Below are positions 21,001 to 25,182 of a stretch of 25,182 bases of DNA, in pieces. The DNA comes from Paraspadella gotoi. Lineage: Eukaryota > Animalia > Chaetognatha. The stretch spans positions 1-25,182 of the forward strand of contig JBJCIZ010000003.1 of assembly GCA_051294375.1 (NCBI GenBank). The letters run 5' to 3'. The notes beneath the pieces were generated by a model. That model had not been told where the DNA came from, ran no database searches, and saw nothing but the letters and a program-made list of their open reading frames with translations. How positions within the stretch are numbered: the stretch's first letter is position 1; the number at the start of each line of letters is the position of its first letter. The translations under genes and the position numbers were made by a program.

Positions 21001-21963
21001 CCATGGAAAGAATTAAAGTGCAAATCACGGATTTCAGCTACATACCCCAGCTTGGATATAGACTTTTTCCATTCTCACAAATACAGTTTAAGTTTGTTTG
21101 TATTAAACTTGAGTTTTGTAAACAAACAGCCCCTTCAATGAGGTTATATATTAATGCAGTCAACTGCTCTCAAGCCAATTTAGGTGGGCAAACATAAATT
21201 CGTCCGTTAAAGATCATTTGTGAAAATCGATGCCGTTTGCAAAAGCAATTGCAAGAAAGATTCCAGAAAGGCGTGAATCAAAACTCTAAATGAAAATGTG
21301 ATTTTCTTAATTGCAGAAACGATGGGTCTGCATACGATTTTGCGCTCATTAAATTTAATCTTATGTTATTGAGCGTTATAGCCGCTAGTCCAATTTGCGT
21401 TTGACAAAAAAAATTGTTATATGTTTTTTCGTCCTGGTGTTTTCCAAAGAATTGGCGTAGTGACTTTGATGCTTGATGATAATTATTAATCCAATATATC
21501 ATGGAAACAATGGCACAATTAATGAACACGGCCAAGAGCAAAAATCCAAGAACTTTAATCACTTGATTGTTGCGACTTGTAAGATGACAATACCAATGGC
21601 CCTTATATCGCGTCAAAGTGGTCCACCAGTTTCTAAGACAGGTCGCTATTAATAAGTTCCCGAAAATTTAAGATACATTTTTTTTTGTTCAAAAAGATCA
21701 ATAATGAAATTGTCAAATATTCAGGAGTCAAAATATTTTTTTAAAATTAATTTTTATCTATTCAGATGGAGGTGAAATGAATAACAACCACAGGTGGGCT
21801 TCCAATTGAGAATAAATTAAAGACATACATTAAAGACATATCTTTCTTATTCAAGCATGATGGCAAGGTGCATATGACGTTCAAAGGTGAACTTTAGAAA
21901 ATGTTGGTAAATTGTCAACAAGAATGCGTATTCAAATGTGTGCTGCCGCAGTGACTCCCTTGT

Positions 21964-22023
21964 GGACATGATCATGACATGGACGTTGACATTGACATTA
22001 TATTACGTGACATGGACATGACT
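21964..22023. repeat. Short degenerate GACAT(G/T) tandem repeat
   Basis: ggacatgatcatgacatggacgttgacattgacatt...gacatggacatgac. Confidence 0.55.
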
Positions 22024-22204
22024 GCATAACTACAATAACTTTTTTTAGCCTGGTATTTATGACATGCATCGGATTCCGTCTTTTTGTTTTTTATAGTTTT
22101 AGGGATTTCCTGATGGCGGCGCTAGCAGTCACTTAGATTAAAGGTTTTTTACTGACTAAACAATGAACAACCAACTATATTATAAGTGTTTCTTACCGTA
22201 ATGT

Positions 22205-22318
22205 GGCGACAGAATGGATGGACAGACATACCGACCGACGACAGATCGACAGACGACCGACCGACCGTAAAAGTGCTTTAGACTTCTTTCCGCTAGTACT
22301 TCGCAGCGATACTAAAAA
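22205..22318 (+). mobile_element. Possible terminus of a non-autonomous Helentron/HINE (DINE-1-like) element
   Basis: (GACC/GACA)n tetranucleotide tract, then a short weak hairpin (CGCT 22291-22294 / AGCG 22305-22308), then CTAAAAA. Structural resemblance only. Confidence 0.35.
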
Positions 22319-22809
22319 TTGGGAGATTGGGAAATTAGGGGTGGTAATGGATCCCCAGTGAAGGAGATATGAAAAGATAAAGTCTATCAGTCTATCAGTA
22401 TCATAGCCTGTTTAAAAGAATGAATGAAAATTTTTTTTATTAGGTTGTACCCATTTAAAAGCCAAGTGGAACCCAGATATTCTAGGATGGTTTAAAAATC
22501 TAAACTTGAGAGAGTCTTTATTCCAGGGTCTTGTTACGTTATTAACTTGCTATAGTGATTCAGAATAATTGACCAGAAACTGTCAAAAAAGCATTAGATT
22601 TAGAAATGAGGGGGCTGACTGATATCTCAATTCTGCGCTGCCACCAAAGATGAACTTTGCCTATAATCATTTCTGCATCGACTGGAGAGAAATGTTCGTC
22701 GCGAGCTCGACCTTAAGAAAATGCCTTTTCGATCAGGCCTCTGAAAGAAATGTCAAATATCGACTGTATTTCGATCATCACCTTATGCCAACGGTGTGAA
22801 GATATTTTT

Positions 22810-23033
22810 CGAGGAGACGGAAAGTATTCCAACAAAAGAGAGAAGACGACGACAGTTGAAAATGATCGGCAACGAGAACAGAATCCTCTCGGCCTCCGAT
22901 CAAGTATTGGAAGTGGATTTCCTGGAGCCCCCGTTGCGGAAGCAGGAGAACGAATTCTGCTTCTCTAGTTGCCGATCATTTTCACGTCGTTCGTCTTCTC
23001 TCTTTTGTTGGACAATTACTTTCCCGCTCCTCG
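22810..23033. repeat. Long imperfect inverted repeat (arms ~22810-22890 and ~22946-23033)
   Basis: TCCAACAAAAGAGAGAAGACGA and TGAAAATGATCGGCAAC in the left arm have exact reverse complements in the right arm; the spacer is ~55 bp. Confidence 0.92.
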
Positions 23034-23872
23034 CAACGTTGCGGTCTTGCTGCTGAAGGCCAATCGCGTCTCCGGCCGGGACGGAATCCGTCGTTATCGT
23101 CAACCCCGACTCGTTCCCACCTGCGCAAAAAGAACAAGCAGATGCAGTCTTGGAAAACAAGCAATGGGGAGACCCATTTGGCGATTTCTTTCGGATCTTC
23201 ATACGAAAAGCTCAAACATCTCCCTGCATTGCCTTCCGAAAGAGTTGAAACCGTTCTCAGCCGCCGTTCCGATGACTTTCGAAAACCCTTTTTCGAAGAA
23301 CTCACATTCCGTCAGGATAGAAACAAATTCCACCATTTTGATCCCGTCTCTTGGAGATTGAGCGAACACCAGCTCGGAATGAGAAACTACGCGTTTTCAA
23401 TTCAAGGAGTGAGGAGCTTCAATCTAATTTGCATGATGAAACCAACTCTGATTTCTGCTTAATAATTGTTAAGTAGTGCGATTTTACACTTGTACCACGA
23501 TTTTCTGCCTTGAGTTCTACCCAGTGAATTGGGGTAGCGCTGCTTCCTCTGATATCTTTAGGTCTTTTTTTAAGCTAATATGATCGTCAAGATAGATTCC
23601 AAGTAAGGATTAATCTAGCTCCGCCTTGTTTATTGAGATGAATGAATAATTTTTAAATAGTTGTACCAATTTATAAATTATTTATGCAGAAAAAAAAAAA
23701 ATTTCTGCTGAAGATTATTTTCCTCTTCACGCCCATGGAAACATGCGTTTGTAGCATCGTGCCGTTTCCTTGCAAGCTTAAACATAAGGTTTTGTTGAAA
23801 TACTTTATATGAAATCGAATTTCCACTACTAAAAGCCTATTAAAAATCTGTCTAAATTTAAATCCGGACCCG

Positions 23873-25066
23873 TGAGTTTCAACGCTGGAAGAGTGAGTTT
23901 AATTGTAGGAAATGTGAAGTGTAGGAAAGTGGAAGAAGCGAAGTGAAGTGTTCAAACTCTACAGAAAATATTATTTATCAAATACAAATGTTCGATTACA
24001 TTTTACAATTTCATCTTACATTTTTGGGCAGTTTAAGGATTTTTACGTTTTTCCTACAACATTAATCTTTCACAAAAACTCGTAAACGTCGAATCGTTTA
24101 CGGCGCCTCAAAAACGGTACTAGTGAAGGTTTCAGTAACTAGCAACTCAAATTAAACAAAATATCGACGACGGACCGTTAAGCAGCGCTAGCTACGACTA
24201 TGCAGTGCAATACAGTATTCCAGGTAAACGTACGGACTATTTCTTTACACCCCCCGGTCGACCCTTCGACCAAAAACAAATTAAACTTACTGAGATAGGT
24301 CAGCCTTACAAGAACACAAAATCCAAATCTTCGCCCACTGGCAATTTGATGAAAGGTTAATTGATTTTTCCTTTGAACGTAACTTGCCCCTTTTCCCCAA
24401 AGTTCATTTCCCCATGCATCCCCAAAGTATATTTCCCCGTATTCCAAGTTCGCGCTCCGGCTTTCGTCGTCTCCATGGCAACGAGCTTCCCCCCGTTGAA
24501 CGGTTGCCATTCTCCCGCGAGGTTGAAACGTTCTGCTTTCGTTCAGTCTCCATGGCAACGAGCTCCCCCCGTTGACCTTGTCCTTTCTCCCGTCTCCATG
24601 ACGACGCTCTTTGACCGGCATCCTTGTGGCAATCTTTGGGTTGAACACACCTTGACGACCCGTTGCAACGTCCTTGACGACTGGACTAGAAACGTTCTTT
24701 GATTGGCCCTTTGATGGGGTTCAGCAACATCTTGACCGGCTCCATGACCGACGAGTCTGCAACCAATCTTTTGGCTGGGCCTTGTTTCTGTCTCTCTTTC
24801 CAGCCACGGCGCCCGACGTACGCGCTAGGACTGACGCGCGAATGATGCCTCCTGCTCGATGACGCGTTGTTCTGTTCGATGACGTTTCTAGTTCTGCTCT
24901 GCTTAGAGGACGTTCTGCTCTGCGCTTTACGCATTTGCTTTGCTTGACGCTTGCCGTACCGTCTTTTCGTTTTGTTCTCCGTCTTCATCTTTGTCTGAAC
25001 GACGTTTTGGGTGACGTTGCGTGTACGGCCGTGTGCGGGCATTTGCATGCGTGCATTCGAATGCAC
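23873..25066 (-). mobile_element. Probable 3' end of an LTR retrotransposon: frameshifted ORF tail, polypurine tract and LTR
   Basis: Minus strand: protein-like frames end KGQVTFKGKIN* near 24358, followed by GGTCGAAGGGTCGACCGGGGGG|TGTAAAG (G-run 24250-24255 abutting TG at 24249). ATTAAA and a possible CA end lie near 23873. No catalytic domain is visible. Confidence 0.4.
24469..24605. promoter_or_regulatory. Repeated RFX X-box-like motifs within a degenerate tandem repeat
   Basis: GTCTCCATGGCAAC at 24469-24482 and 24546-24559, each followed by GAGCT(T)CCCCCGTTGA-like sequence; variant GTCTCCATGACGAC at 24592-24605. Confidence 0.5.
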
Positions 25067-25130
25067 CGGACGAACTACGCTGAATTCTCTCCCCCTTTCT
25101 TGCCACTCAAGAATTGTTTGTTTAGATAGT

Positions 25131-25144
25131 TCTTTTTTTTCTTT

Positions 25145-25176
<32 letters not shown>
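25131..25176. repeat. Poly-T tract
   Basis: Direct read; may be the poly(A) tail of a minus-strand retroposed sequence extending outside the window. Confidence 0.8.
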
Positions 25177-25178
<2 letters not shown>

Positions 25179-25182
25179 AGCA

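Noticed and set aside
21278-21616. 112-aa minus-strand ORF with one hydrophobic segment
   Set aside because: No ATG start or recognisable domain; hydrophobic runs are expected by chance in AT-rich DNA.

Overview
Eukaryotic (animal-like, probably invertebrate) repeat-rich genomic DNA from a low-quality assembly, with many N gaps in 1-3570 and homopolymer-type indels elsewhere. 1-~4000 holds a decayed DIRS1-type tyrosine-recombinase retrotransposon (+) with the domain order gag, RT, RNase H, adenine-methyltransferase-like domain, YR. It abuts a BEL/Pao LTR retrotransposon (+, ~4000-8705) with gag (triple zinc knuckle), aspartic protease and RT, truncated before RNase H/integrase. The most notable signal is that BEL/Pao gag and protease are in the same frame and separated by one TGA followed by CTAG, the classic leaky stop-codon readthrough context. 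The remainder is AT-rich, intron-like DNA. It contains microsatellites, a minisatellite, several candidate short host exons, an ~80-bp-arm inverted repeat, and the probable 3' end of a third (minus-strand) LTR element carrying repeated perfect RFX X-box motifs. No prokaryotic features, rRNA, tRNA or CRISPR are supported. All domain calls come from motif recognition by eye.
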